Positions 27,003 to 41,653 of a stretch of 64,000 bases of DNA are shown here, in pieces. Position 1 is the first letter of the stretch. Each line of letters starts with the position of its first letter. The position numbers and the translations under genes are program-made. The stretch lies in NCBI GenBank assembly GCA_002104905.1, contig MCFE01000206.1, positions 62,001-126,000 of the forward strand, read 5' to 3'. A model generated the notes under the pieces. The model was given only the letters and a program-made list of their open reading frames with translations, searched no databases and was not told the origin of the DNA. The stretch comes from Basidiobolus meristosporus CBS 931.73 (lineage: Eukaryota > Fungi > Basidiobolomycota).

Positions 27003-30000
27003 AGAAGACAAGGAAATGAGGGTGCGCGAATTGACAAAGGTATGGGAGGATTTGAGATCCAATACGAGGAAGGGGTGGCTTCGATTGTGAAGTTTGATAC
27101 TTATCTAATGATATTGACGTTTAAAGGAATTGGTAATCCGAATCAACAGATAGCAATAATAAGTGAGGAAGAGAGCTGATATGGAGCTGGGCATCGGTCA
27201 GCTGGAATTTATACAAAATGCGATCAGTGACTGGGAAAAGTATGGGGATCTCACCCGAATCGGCAGAATAGGGGGACAGAGGGTCAGTTCGAGAGGGTAA
27301 GTAGGGGCGGTGTTCAAGTTCCGCTTGACAAGTAGCAAAATGTTCCTGCTTCAAAGAATCGGGAAAATTAAGTTTTCGTAGAAATTGAGAAAGAATTTTT
27401 CACCAGCGACCAAATCTGGATTGTTCAATGCAGAGGAATCCCGATTTTGCCTAATCCACTCTTGATTATAAGATTGCATTTAATCTCTCGTAAGTTATTA
27501 CCATGTTAAGCCAACCGTTGGCTAAAGAAAGCTAAAACCCAATCAAAAGAATATGAGCTCATCCAAAGTAGCTTCAGACCTGTTGGTTTCGTCCTAGTTT
27601 GCAGTAAACCAGATCAGGTTTCCAACTTGAGCCGGATGACCCGTTCTACACGGAACATAATTCTTGATTTTACCACGCTGTTTACCATATTGTCCACGGA
27701 AAACCGGTTTGTCCAGAAACGATACCTCTTTAGAAGCGGCCTTTTCTTTTATTGGTTTCGATTGCCTTCTTCATCTGAAGCCCTGAGTAGGATGACTCAC
27801 CTTTACATACCGCTTGCTTTTTTCAGCATACCAGTCGATCGACCTGTATTAATTCAGACAGAAGATAACTGCGCTGCTCATACATCAAGTCGCCTGCGTT
27901 TCCATGTGCTGATACAATATCGGAATCACTGCGATACCGAACGATTGCTCAGGCAACCTTGAGGAACGTGAAGAATTTCCTTGCAATCAGGCCACGGGAA
28001 GGATTTCCAGTAATTACGAGTTTCCTTCGCGCTGGCCATCCGGTTTTCTCAGCCGGAATACATCATGCCAGAATGGAGCGTAGAGGTCCCTTCCGAAATG
28101 CTCGCTCCCTAGATGGCACTGATGGTGACGGGCTTCTTGGCCTGGCAGCTGAGACCAGGTGATGTGAGTTATCTGCAATCGACTGATGAATCATCAGGAG
28201 CGAACATGAAAGGCACGGCTCTGATGATTTCGGAATGCCACGTTCTACTCTACGGCTTATGAATTTCACACCTGCGAGGCCTCTCAGCTGCATCAGCATC
28301 AAGCTCTTTGGCTTCATTCGGCGGCCGCTATACATATGGCAGCTTCGCTGTCTCAGATCTAGAACCAAGGCCGCTGACATGGAGAGCAGGATTTTGTTTG
28401 ATGTCTGAAACAGCTATGTAAAGACGGATTTTGCGTTGTGCTACATCAAGCCGTTGGTCAAGATCCACCCTTTTCGGCGATCTATGGAAATGGATAGATA
28501 GTGGATAGCTGAATCATGCATTGATCCATTAAGTGTAATTAATAAGGGAGAAGGAAGCGCACAGAGTCTGGCACCAGTCGTTTCAAGGCTCTTCGGTGCG
28601 CCCGAATAGGGCTTCAGACCAATACCAGCCAGTTGACGCATATAAGGAGCGGTGTAAGGGACTATTCCACCTTTGCCTTACACATAATCATTTACATACC
28701 CTTGAGAAAACAACCTGAATCCTGCATGCTTGTTTTGGATATGAGCTAGCGTCTCATGATTGGAGTCGAATGTATATTATATTGATACTGGGTGAAGGGG
28801 GAGTGTATTCAGATGTAGCGAAAGCCAGTACTCAAGTTCCTCATTGCAAGGCACTCAGCAAATGGGCAGCGCTGCCAGTCGTCTGTGGACACTGCCCAAC
28901 CACAGATCTGGAGGATGGTATCATGCGAGGCTTCACATTGCATGCGTTGTTGGATACTAATATCCATCCTTGTGCAGCCTTAGGCATACAAGCCGATATC
29001 TTCAGATGTTTATGATTATTTATTTGTCACACAAACACCACGAAATTGGTTCTATCAAGCAGATCAAAACCCATCGATTTTGGGAACACTAGGTGCTCTG
29101 TACCCACACAGCCGACTGAAATAGGTGGAATTCAAAGAAGGGTCTGCCTGGCGAAGGCCGATGCCATCCACTACGCGAGCCAGTGATAGAGCGTTGGATG
29201 GATTTGGCTGATGTGGTCTACTGTAGTGAGGGATGCTTGATTATCATGAAGATTATCTTGCGGCATAATCTAGGTCAAATCCATCTCCCTAGAGGCCCAT
29301 TTGTTGTAGCTGCTCGGCACTGATGGCATATGAAGATTGTTGTCTGAAGGAGACTACCGAATCAGCCCAGTCTGAACTTGAATTGTACATATTGGTCGAG
29401 GTACTTCGCATATTCTATTCCCCTTCCACTCCGGTAAGGCAATTCAGCCCTACTGCTCTTTGATTTTAATGGGTTGTCTTCTAGTGAAGATTTGACAGGT
29501 TTCTGTCTGATTTCAGAAAAGAATTTCTATCCTACATGTACCAAGTAAACCAGATTTTACGGTGGTTGAAATGCAGCTCTTCTAGTAATTCGATGACCCT
29601 AGTTCTTCCCAGATAAATCCGGAAGGAAAATAAATCAGCCTCAATAAGTGTCAGCAAAATATGCGAATCTTATATTCTGTGCTTCTCTAACCTGAAATGC
29701 ATCTGGTATCCACTTTAGCATTACTTGTTGGATGGTAATCCTTTTGCCGGGATCCATCGTTCGAAATGACCTAGTTCTACTCTGAACCAGCTATCGAGGT
29801 GAGCAATGGAATTCTCGATGGATTTTACGTCCATTTTTTATTTAGTCAGGATGAAGAAGCCTTTCATCCCAATCAACCGTCAAGGTGGGCGGTGTTTTGA
29901 TTTTGCACGATTCACGAGACATCGGGAGGTGTCAAGTTCCAGTAGGAATGGAGACTCCGTGCCGCAGATTTACAGGAACGTGAAACTTGTCGGATGGGGA

Positions 30001-31783
30001 GGGGAACGAACCAAATGCTCTGACTATGTTGCTTGTTCTATTCATGATCTACGGCACATTGCCATACCACTGACGTACTTCACCTCTTAAGTCACATATG
30101 GGCACTATTTGTAGTAAACCATGTGTTTGTGCTCTTGTATAGGTGGTGGCATATTGCTGAATCGAAGGGAATCCGTATTTTGTGCAATGAATGAGCCACC
30201 AACATCACACGAATGGCAAATAGACCCTTGTCCAATGAATCGAAAGCTGCTGCCCTCAACAACCGACACTTCTTTCTGGCTTGACCCGAGTTCAATCCGG
30301 ATATTGATGCAGGGAATGCAATATGTTGCGGTGCTTGTGATTACTCTACAGTGATGGCCATCATTGAGTTTGTTGATCTGCCAGATAAATTAATTGTTGG
30401 CGTGATGGCATCAAATGATGGCTACTACCGGTTTCCATGGGATCCTCAGAGTTGTGCTGAACTGTTGGGGCTTCCTCTATGCCTGGTGCCCCCTGCTCAT
30501 GTGTGCGATTCAGCCAGGCCAGCTGTCATGCCAGTATGAAGCCACCAACTCCTCTGAGGGTGTAGGTTATTGTGTATTCCTCTGCATTCTCCTGCTTTTG
30601 ACTAACCAGGTTTCTTGTCTCAGAAGAGCATCGGCTTCTGATGAATGTGGCAATAGGTCAAACACCTCTCTTTAAATAGCATGCTATTAATACATTCGTT
30701 GGTATGGCTTGGTGTAGCATGATCCATTCTATTGCGTGATGTAGTCTAGCGAGTGACCATGCCGACGTGATTAAAGGGGTTCAAAGGAGTCAATTACCAA
30801 TGGATGATCGGCCTTCCCAACCAGAGAACTAGAACCAGGTAATGCCTGGGTAGGAGGTGTGTTGTATGAGCTCGATATTAAAGGCTATTGCAGACATCAT
30901 ATTTCCTAATGGAATGAATAGGTAATCCAGGGGTATCAGGTGGCATGAGGAACGGTTGCAAATGAAACATTATTCATATGAGGGACCGGTACGCTTGGTA
31001 AAATAAGGGAACAGTATGATGGAAAGCATTGCGCAGTATCAGAGGGCTGTTTTACCTTAAGGTCCTAGAGTAATGAAAAATTGCCTTTTTCAATCATATA
31101 AAGCATGTGAAATATGTGGGCAGATGTTTGCCTTGGTTGCTACCCAAATAAATGTAACCTCTGCTCCTGCCTTGATCGCCGTCCATCTCCTCATCACCGC
31201 TCGACTGTGGATCCTCCCCAGCTACTGATGTACCTTTGGCCAATCCAGCAAATCACAGGCCTTCATTTGCTTCGTCGCAACCAAGCTTCCATATGGGTAA
31301 CGCTGTAGCCGAAGTGCGCCAATGTTCAGGTGGCTCTAATCACCTCGCCAATTTATCAAGCACAAAATATAAATCAATGTGATGTGCATCATTTTAGGTA
31401 ACACTCACACTTCTAATTATGGGACTGTCCATGAGCACCGGATTTCGCATTGATGGTGATCTTGAGCTAAGTGGCATGAGTATGTCTATCACTAGAATAA
31501 TTATAGCAATGCGTCGTAATTGGATATTTGTTCTCGTGGACGGAATGATAGTTGGAACAAGCAATCTATGTATGATGATCCTAAAAGTATCCACCTCCTC
31601 CATATGTAATTTAAGTAAGCTTAAATCCGTCTGGTCTGACCTTTCGGAATGAAGCGTGTTGTGAGGGGCTATGCCCCAATCTATAGCCGGGGGTACCCTC
31701 AAGAGTATAACCATTAGGTGTCCCGGCGCCTTGCACCCTTTCTTATTATACTAGTGACCGTTAATTTCGAACTAGGCGTCGAT

Positions 31784-32436
31784 ATGGGCAACAACCCTTC
31801 CGTTCAACTCCATGATATGGTGACTTCTTCTAATTGTAAGGTTCCGCCTTTCCTTTGCACCAACTGATGTTCATACTAAATCGGCTTACATTCTATGCAT
31901 AGTTAGTGCAGAAGAAATCCAAAGACTTTACAAACGTTTCCTGAAATTGGACACAGATGGCAGTGGAGGCATCGACAAGGATGAGTTTCTTGCCATCCCT
32001 CAAGTTTCAACGAACCCTTTGGCACCTCGAATGATTGCTATTTTCGATGAGGACGGTGGCGGTGATGTGGACTTTGAGGAATTTATCCATGGTTTAAGCG
32101 TGTTCAGCTCAAAGGGAAATAAGCAAGAAAAGTTGCATTGTGAGTATTTCTTTGCTAACAACCCAATGCCACACCTACTCACCGAAACCTGAATATTCAG
32201 TTGCCTTCAAAGTCTATGATATCGATCGAGATGGGTACATTTCTAGTGGAGAGTTGTACTTGGTTCTTAAAATGATGGTCGGAAACAACCTCAAGGATGT
32301 TCAGCTGCAACAGATAGTTGACAAGACGTTAATGGAGGCTGATAAGGATGGCGATGGCAAAATTAGTTTCGAAGAATTCCGAGTTTTTGTGGAATGCACC
32401 GACATCGCTAAGCAAATGACGTTGGAGTCGTTCTGA
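31784..32436 (+). CDS. CNB1: Calcineurin regulatory subunit B, three exons (174 aa)
   Basis: Myristoylation start MGN; four EF-hands ([48 protein letters not shown]); introns 31836-31902 and 32140-32200. Confidence 0.97.
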
Positions 32437-32665
32437 ATTTAATCATCCCTGCCCCCATAGCTCTTCACGATTTCCTATTGACGCTGTATATTTTCATTTA
32501 ACTGCGAGCCCTTCCATCCCTCTACCAACCGATTCCTCAGACTATGACTTTGGGTCGTAGGCCTGTTTAATCAACATTTTAATATTAAACATTTGTGCAG
32601 AATTATCGCATATCTGCAGTTTGGAATGATCTATCATTATAGAGATTCAGGCCGACAGGGTGGCT

Positions 32666-33986
32666 TTAGGCCGAGGGCAGCAGCACGCACTCCGCCATGA
32701 TGCAGATGTGGTCTGACGATAGAGTCTCAGAAGGCAGAGCGGTTTCCTGAGTCAATTCTTCGGGCAGAGGAATGCTGAGCACTCTGCGCGGAATGATTCT
32801 GTCGAAAGTATCATCTTTCAGCCTGAAAATATAGTCCAGGGTGGCTTGGAAAAAGCTTGTGTAATTGGTATATCCTGGCTCCTTGTTAACTGGTTGCGGA
32901 TGATGCTCGGTAAACAAAGAATATATACTCTCCCAGCTAGGAAACTTGGCATTTTTCTCAAGGAGGTACTCGCCACTGGGCTGGCTCTCACCAACATAAA
33001 CCTCCTTTAGTCTGGTTTCGAGTTTGATCCTGGCAAGTTCTTCAGTGCTGGGCGTCTCGCTGGGCTCCCATTTTTCAAATTTGTATGGGTCTAGACGCTG
33101 CCGCAAGTCTGACCCAAGTGTTTGCCCAGTTACTGAAAGGTAAGGTGCCGAATTTGGTTGGAAGTTGAAATCGCCACAAATCAATACCGGGAAATTATAG
33201 TTGGCGTTAATTCGAGAAATGACGTTGTTCAAGTGAAGAGCCTGTCTCATTCGGATGGAGTCGACGTACGGTCTCCAGTAGAGATGAGAAGAAGTTACAA
33301 TCAAGCCGTAGTTTCCTTTCTCCTCAGAATTGGCCTTCAATGCGACAACAAGACCTACATTGCGGGTCCGTAACAGAGCTTCAGGATGAGTGACGGGTAT
33401 GTCAGTGGAGACTAATTGCTGTTCGCTCTCAGCTAGAGCAGTTGTCGGAGTGGGTATTTGAGTGTAACTTTCGGCACCGGAGGTAATTTCATCTCTATCG
33501 TAGATAACTTTGTAGTGACTCAAGTGGCTGAACTTCTCCTTCTTCCACAATATGGCACATCCATCCTTCTCTGAATTTCCATCCTTCTGATGATATCTAC
33601 CCTCGTAACCAGCCTTCGTCAGCTCAGGGCCAAAGAAATCCTCATATTTGTCCAACTAGAGATTTGTGGTTTAGAACGGTGTAGGGTAAATAGGGGGACA
33701 ATGCCTATTGCAACGCCAAGGTCAAGTCGCTATATGCGTATCAACACACTAGAATGATGGAAGCACAACCTACCTCCTGTAGACAGAGAATGTCTGGGGA
33801 ATGAGACAAAATCTCGTTTAATATATTGGTTTTCCGGTGAGTCCAACGAAGGGCTTTTTTGGTTGCGTACGGAAACAGAGTGCGTTTGATCAAGCACTGG
33901 GCCAAAACATTGTACGTCAGAATGGTGAAGGAGATTCCTTCTTTCGAAATGGGTTGACTCAGGGCGGGTGTCCAAGTACGAACCAT
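32666..33986 (-). CDS. CCR4/nocturnin-family EEP RNA nuclease (Ngl/Angel-like), two exons
   Basis: ILTYNVLAQ, DILCLQE, SSHLYW, ICGDFNFQP, TLDYIF, SSDH motifs. Confidence 0.9.
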
Positions 33987-34573
33987 TTTGTATAGTCAAC
34001 CTGCTTCAAGTGCAAACTATCTAATAAACTTTTATTTTTTTTCTACAACAGCCTATGATTATCACACAGGATGGTCTTAAGATAAATGGAATTTGATGCG
34101 ATTGAAGGTTGAGTGCTAATCAGAGCCATGATTGTAGCAGAATGCCAGGATGTATGACTGCTTCCTAAGCGGAATAGCCACTACCTCAAAACCTGTAACA
34201 CTCATCAGTCCACTGCTAAGAGCCCACTTGGATTATGCATACTCCCGTTTCGGAAAGAAATCCCGTTTGTCATCAGCAAGATTCAGAAGGCCTATTAGGA
34301 AAATGCACCAAGCCAAACTGTCTGGGTAAGCCGTAGCCCACGGGGTTCACCTCTTGGTGGTTGAACAGTATTGAAACTTGTAAAATAAGCTCGTCGTGAT
34401 CGAAGTCTAAAAAATTTCGATCACTTCAACAAATCTCTATCTGGATCATACCTTAGTGTATTTGATGAAGAGCAGCAGATATCAGTCAGCGCTGAACGCG
34501 TATAAAAGCGCGGTATGCTCTACATTGCATATCATTCCAACCAAAGAGTTATTCCTCTACTCCCATCAAGAAC

Positions 34574-35236
34574 ATGCTTTTCAAGGTTTTCTTAGTCGCA
34601 TCCCTGCTGTCCATGGTTCTTGGTGAGATTCAAATCACCAGTCCAATGAACTCTATCTTCCGAGCTGGTTCAGATGCCCATATTGAATGGTAATACCAAA
34701 GAAGCTAACGAATTTGCGGGATTGATTGCTGATGATATTGTGCCTTCTTTAGGATAAGCTCTGGAGATTCAGATTCGCTTGGAACTATAGACATCGTCCT
34801 AATGACCGGATCCGCTACTCGTTTAGCTCTCATTGGTACCATTGCCAACGATGTACCAGTGCAGGACGGTCAATATTTGTGGAAGGTTCCCGAAGAGCTA
34901 CCACCAGCCAAAGACTACGTTTTACGTCTCGGTGCTAAGCAACAATTCTTCTACAGCACTAACTTCGAGGTGTCCGACAAGTCAGGCCCAGCTTATCCAG
35001 ATGTGTTGAATGCGGGTGATACTCGTCCCAAGAAATCTACCACCGTCTCTTCCACCACTTCATCTGACAAGACCTCTGATTCAGCAAGTTCCAAGAAGGT
35101 TGATAGCTCCAAGCCCGCAACGCTCTCTGACAGCGCCGAAAGACCTGCCAAAGCTAAGAGCTCGGCAAAGAGAGTTTCACCAATGGGATTCGCTTTGGCT
35201 GCTGGAGTCACTGGCTTCTTTTTACTTTTCATCTGA
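34574..35236 (+). CDS. Secreted Ser/Thr-rich GPI-anchored protein (Kre9/Knh1-like N-terminal domain)
   Basis: Signal peptide MLFKVFLVASLLSMVLG; ITSP..HIEW; intron 34690-34752; GQYLWKVP..YVLRL..YSTNFEV; S/T stalk; hydrophobic C-terminus. Confidence 0.8.
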
Positions 35237-36415
35237 TGAGCCCATGTTACTACGTATTCCACGCACCCTTGTGTGCTATATCTATCAGTATCTGAATCAA
35301 TTCTTATCTTTTCACAGTTGTATTAGGTAAACGGTGCTTATTTCGGTTTTCTAACCGAATGTGCTCGCCTACATATATTCTTTAATAAATAATGATGAAA
35401 AAACATATTGACCCAGCAGCGCGGGAGCCAAGTTGCTCAACAATCCTATAGCCAGTATGCTTACCGCAAAATCAGACAACGTTCGCAAAACACCCAATGC
35501 TATCGTGAAAAGGCATGTGGGCCTATCCAAGTATGGATCATCCATTGTTATAGTGATGTCTTTACTCAATACTGCCGAGCAGAAAACATCCCACTTACAT
35601 CTGTTAGATGTGTAGTGTACAGATGTTTGTCTGAGTCCCATGGCCAAGGCATTGGGTGAAAGATCAGCCACCGGCATCGGGAAATCCATTGCGAAGCGGT
35701 GGTATGTCCAAGTTGCCAATGCAAATCTGTGAATGGGCGCTCTATGACCAGCAATCCACACATCGAGGATGTGCAGACACGTGAATACAACAAAATCCAT
35801 TCAGTAATCAATCAGGAATAGGTCCTATTCTAATACGTAGAATTGAGGTGGCTTGCGATTGGCGTTAACGCAGTGTATTCAGACATTCAGAAGCGTATAA
35901 CAGGCCAGGGTTGCGGTGGCCGAGGATGGATCGGAGTTCCGGGATGTATATTAGGCGGCATTAGGGATTCTTTCGGATGGGTTTATGTCATGCCATTCCC
36001 GTTGACCTCATGCCAGGCCAGTTCAATCACTCAATCGCAATCTCCGTTTCATGGTTGAGCTATTGTGCTTCTGAATGTGCGCCCTGATCGGAGGATGGTC
36101 ATATCGCATGATCTAGCGATAAAAAAACATACAACTCCGCGTGACGTAAGCTCTGAATGTGGGTGAAATATTCATGTTGAACTGAGGGTATCCTTTGGAA
36201 ATCCTTGGTGACTACAGCTCTTTTCAGTCATTTTAGATCAGACACTCATGTTATATTATATCCTGATGAGGGTTTCGAAATAGCAGGATGTCAGAATGAT
36301 TTCATTGCTGATCTTTACGTGACCATTTTTTACTAATATAAATAGCCAAATGGATCTTCGCTTTCTATCAAGATATTCATTCCGTTCGTACCAAATCATT
36401 ATCCAAACGATCTCT

Positions 36416-37669
36416 ATGCCAGGGCCTTCAACTATTGACGTGTTACAAAGTCGGGGTTCGTCTCCCATAGCAAACCAATATAGATATTCGAGAATGGCTG
36501 CTCTCTCCCCCAACGAGTCGCCAGCAACGATGCTGTCACCGATCAAACCCAACTCTACAAAGTATTTCTTGACCTGTGGCTTAGGTGGTGTACTGGCTTG
36601 TGGCATCACTCATACCGCTATAACCCCCCTGGATCTGGTGAAATGTAGACTACAAGTAAACCCTGGGCTATACAAAGGAAATCTTGATGGATGGAGGAGC
36701 ATCATCCGACAGCAGGGCTTAAAAGGGATATACACAGGCTGGGGCCCTACATTCATAGGATATTCACTTCAAGGTGGTGGCAAGTACGGGTTCTACGAAT
36801 TCTTCAAAGCGGTAAGATCTAAAACCATATAGAGCAGTTTTCTATCTGTGTTCGCTTTGCCTGTCCAACCTTTCTGTCTGGCACATCCACTAATATCCAT
36901 TGGCCTTAGAAATACTCCGACTTGGCGGGTGAAGAGAACGCCTACAAGTATCGTACAGCCCTTTACCTTGCCGCGTCAGCCTCAGCAGAATTCATTGCCG
37001 ATATTGGTAGATATCATGAGTAATGTTACTTTTGCTTCGTACCAGGTCTAAGATATTGTTCGTTAGCATTATGTCCATTGGAAGCGCTAAAAGTACGTAT
37101 GCAAACATCTACCGAACCATTTGCCGCTAGCACTAGAGCAGGATTCCAAAAAATATTAAACGCCGAGGGATGGAATGGGTATTTGTCTAATCAACCAATT
37201 AATAGCACCATTACAACGTGACTGATCGACGTAATCTAGCTTCTATAAAGGACTTAGCCCGTTGTGGGTACGTCAGGTGCCCTATACCATGATGAAATTC
37301 GCATCGTTCGAAAAAGCGGTAGAATACATCTACAGCATGCTGTCCAAGCCAAAGGAAGAATACAACTCACTACAGCAGCTTGGGGTATCATTTGCCGGAG
37401 GTTACACTGCAGGAATCCTGTGCGCTATTGTATCTCATCCTGCTGATACCATTGTTTCCAAATTAAACAACGTAAACTCCGAGAAGATATCCACATGGAA
37501 GGCCACTACTGCGATAGTTCAGGATATTGGGTTCTCTGGATTATGGCGCGGCCTTGGCACAAGAATCATTATGATTGGTACGTTGACCGCGTTACAGTGG
37601 CTCATCTATGACAGCTTTAAAACCTATGTTGGACTGCCTACTACTGGTGGCTCTGGGAAAGAAAAATGA
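36416..37669 (+). CDS. PIC2: Mitochondrial phosphate carrier (Pic2/Mir1 family), multi-exon
   Basis: [86 protein letters not shown]; the start could be at 36494 instead. Confidence 0.92.
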
Positions 37670-38314
37670 GAGAAATGTGAAGTGACATTCTAATGGATTC
37701 CATCACGTGCTTGGAAACGCCGTTAGTACATAAATGTATATCCAAAATCATCTAAAAATAAAATGCGCTCGACTATATGCTGGGACGAATATGATTCATC
37801 ACTGATCCGAACCAGTCTGATAGATTGATGATATCGTATTCATTCATCACTAAGCTACGAATACTGCAACCTTACAACCAGGAACGGGCTAGCATTAAAG
37901 TACATCCGTGGTACTCGAAAATCAGTTGCTTCGCATAGCAATAATCTTGGATAGCATTCTAATATCAACGCACACGTAACTTACGTACAAAGCTGATGTC
38001 AATTATACCCTCAACGGCTTCCAGAGAGTAAGAATCATTTGAATGGCCATCGTTTTCACCATGGGATGGAAAGCCATCAAATCCAAAGCAATTCAGCAGA
38101 ATAGCATTTTCTGTACACCCATGGATCTTCAGTGTCAGAAACATCTGATCCTACAAAGCGCTATGGTGGCACAATGATTCTCTCGCTTTCCGTTTTTCCA
38201 GATATAGAGACGGCCGCTATATAAACTGGGTTGGTTCACTTGGTTATTTGTCCACTCTTGACAAAATTTCTTCGATTTCTATTTCTCTAGGTCGTAGTGA
38301 TTACCTACCCTACA

Positions 38315-39910
38315 ATGCATCCTTGGTTGCTAACCACAGTGGCCATTGTAGCTATACCGGCCCTATTGATATACAGATGGATCAGAGTGCCCTCACATTT
38401 GCTTGATGTTCCAGGAATATCCGTCTGGGCGGTAATTAGCTGTTTGTTCGCAAAAAAGGGATTCTCGACCGCTCTCCGTGAAAAGCTACAGCCTATTTTG
38501 GCTAAGCATAAAATGGCGAAGGTATGGATACTCGTATCAACTCATGGCTCACATAACCTCATCGCATTAGTATAGGTATTTTCTGGAGCCATATGGATTG
38601 TCATCCTCTCTGACCCAGATGACTGCAAAAAAGTACTATTGAAAACTGGTAGGGTATCATATTCGCTACGGTAGTACATGCCAACAATCCTGACAACCTT
38701 CGTAGAAACTTTTCCGAAGTACGAACAGTTCGGGACCAGCAGCGGGTTTCTGTTCGATTTCTTTGGCCGGAATATTTTGAACACTAATGGCCAAGAGTGG
38801 AAGAAACATCGTATGGTGGCCAATCCTGCCTTCAGAAAGCCCTGGTCGACCAAGCTCTTTGGGGAATGCGTGTATGACCTCTTCTCCGCCATTGACAAGA
38901 ACATCGACAGAGTACAGGACAGTCACGATCTAATGCAGCGGTTAACTTTGGATGCCTTAGGCCAGGGGTTGTTTGGTTATTGTTTTAACGCCCTGAAAGA
39001 CAATAATGGGCACCGGGCGAAACTGTATCACAATATGATGAAGGCTCTATTTGATCCCTACAGAGCCTTTTTCCCCTTCCTGTTAAAGCTTCCCTTGGAG
39101 AAGAATGATAGATATGCGCGATATGTGCGCGAGTTCAACGAGCTGTTGTTGAGTATTTTAGGAGAGAAAAAAAAGGAATACCAAGAGAAACAAACGAATG
39201 GCACATTTGACGAGCGATCAACGGATCTGCTCTCTTTAATGATCAAATCTACTTATGAAGACCAACTTTTAACAAACGAAGAGCTGAGAAGCGACCTGTT
39301 GGTGTTTTTCATTGCTGGTCACGACACGACGGCAAATTCTCTCGCATCGACTCTCATTTATCTGGCCATGGTGCCTGAATGCCAGGCGAAAGCTCGTCGC
39401 GAAGCATTTTCAGTGCTTGGGGATGATCCTGGAACATTCCCGACATCTGAACAGCAGGCACATGAACTACCGTATATCAATGCAGTTATAAAGGAGGCAA
39501 TGAGACTTATACCACCAGTCGCTAACCTAGGAACCAGAGAAAGTACGAAGCCGGCTGAATTTCAAGGGAAGATGTTCCCTGCAGGATCTTACTTCGGACC
39601 AGATGTATATGCTATCCAGAGAGATCCCAGGTATTGGAATAATCCAACTGAGTTTAACCCTGAGCGGTTTTTGCAGGAGGAGAAGGTGGCTCCGTATAGT
39701 TGGTTACCATTTAGCGGTGGATCCAGACAATGCGTAGGATTGAATTTCTCCATGATTGAGCAGCGAGTTACATTATCTATGTTGCTTAGAAAATACCAAT
39801 GGTACCTACCCAAAGACTCGGTTCATGCAGATGGAGACTTCAAGATTTGCGCAACTGGGCTGTTAGCTCCGGAGAAAGCAGAGCTTCGCTTTGAGAAATT
39901 GAATTCATAA
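38315..39910 (+). CDS. Cytochrome P450, three exons
   Basis: N-terminal TM anchor; introns 38522-38575 and 38648-38705 give LLKTETFPK; AGHDTT, EAMR (ExxR), PERF, FSGGSRQCVG heme motif. Confidence 0.95.
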
Positions 39911-40097
39911 CCACAGACAGGGTCACACGGGCTCCAAAGTATTAAACGAGTAGCGTTGGATCATTTACTTACATAAATTAAATGTTATTTACATTATTTC
40001 CGAGATCTTGTGTAATCTCTGGATGAAAAGCATGGAATCAGCTAAAGCAGCATTGGAGCCTCTCGGTACAATTTACAAAAGGTTGATATATACATAT

Positions 40098-41653
40098 TTA
40101 AGAGTGCATAAACATGGTTGGTCCTACGAACTCTGATACGGGTGTTGGTAAGACATACAGCCCTCTGGAGGTGGACAGAACAATCTGCCCTACATCATTT
40201 ACCGATATGTCGTACATTTCTTCAGGGCTTAAATGTTTGTAAAATTCATATTTTGTGGGGATAGGAATGGAGGCCAGCTTGCGAAGATCCTCAAGATGAT
40301 ATACCATGATTGTGCCATCATAGGTAAGTCCCAAGAAACAGGAGCCATGAACGCAGTATGATCCGAATATCCCTTCGCGGGATTGGATTTCTACTTGATA
40401 GAGTAGATGAGCCTGTTGTACGAGCTGTCCATTTTCTATCCTCTGTTGCAGCTCCCATAATATCACGAAATTCTTGTCTATTCCATTATCACCAGTGGTG
40501 ATCATTTTGATTGCGTGTCTATCAATCGCTCTGCTGAATATAATGGCTAGCTCTGTACCCCAGGGGCATAATGCTCCGTTTGCCATCACTCGCCAGCTAT
40601 CTCCTCCTAGCAGATCCCATATATACACGTCCCCATTATAGGTTGTTCCAAAAACGAGATGTCGGCCTTTAGCAGGGTAATAGTTCAGCATCTGTACATC
40701 GCTATTGTAGGATCGTTTCGAGATTAGCTGGCCACTAACAAAATCAAAATTGAGAACAACCATGGAGTTCCTGCTCGATTCTATAGCAAAAAGAGTAAAA
40801 GCGCGTGGATTAGACTCGCCACCGAAGGGAACATCAAAGTTTCCGCAATAAAAAGTCGCCTGTGTTTGTGTACGGAATTCACTTTGCAAAGCAACATCAT
40901 TTGCACTGTCCATACGATAGAGCTGGATTCTATTCCATTCTATGCCGCGTGGGTCGTTGCCATAAGCTACCACGAAAACCCTTCGTTGCGAGTTCACGGC
41001 TATGAGCTCTACGCGCTCCTCTCCGTCGATAGGAATACCATAATGTCCTTGGCATTTCCAATTGTTTTTGGACCATATGATGACGTTGTATTGCTCCTTC
41101 TCTACACATCCACCATACCCTATAAGCCCTCCGAAGTGATCCTCGACAAGCCTTCGGGAAACATAGCGAAACTCCTTTTGCACGTTGCTTTGTACCATGT
41201 GCCTCCATTGCGGGCCAAACCTACTAGAGCAAAACGGAAGCTGGTACAGCAGTGGATTCGGAATATATTCGTTCCACGACCTTAGGAGCTCCCAATTGTT
41301 CTGAAACATCCGTCTCCAAGTCAAACCCTCGCTGTGTAATGCTTGATAAGCAATCCCATGCGAGAGGTTGGGTGACATCGCTTTATACGTTAGGAACCAC
41401 AAATAGTCGTCATCACAAAATCTTCAAACAACGGTGGGGGAAGGAGCAGCCATTAGTATCGAAATAGCGCCGAATATGAATGCCCAGAAACAACAAACCT
41501 TTTAAATCGATGGCATACAAGTCGCGCCTTGTTAATATACCTCGGGTGACTTGTGATGTAGGTTAGAACAGCCCACCAGATTTCATCTGAACCGTCTATC
41601 TCTTTCAAACGGGTAATAGGGGTATATGCTTTAAATGGATTGGTGAACAACAT
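40098..41653 (-). CDS. F-box protein with probable beta-propeller C-terminus, two exons
   Basis: Spliced SDEIWWAVLTYI..KARLVCHRFKRFCDDDYLW F-box pattern; the 434-aa second exon has WD-like strands (GDVYIWD, FVILWEL, GTIMVYHL). Confidence 0.75.

Noticed and set aside
35369-35900. 143-aa and 81-aa minus-strand ORFs as a gene
   Set aside because: Splice-like signals exist, but I could not build a convincing model or recognise a domain.
38648-38673. Apparent 26-nt micro-intron or frameshift in the P450
   Set aside because: A normal 58-nt intron ending at 38705 gives the expected KTETFPK junction.
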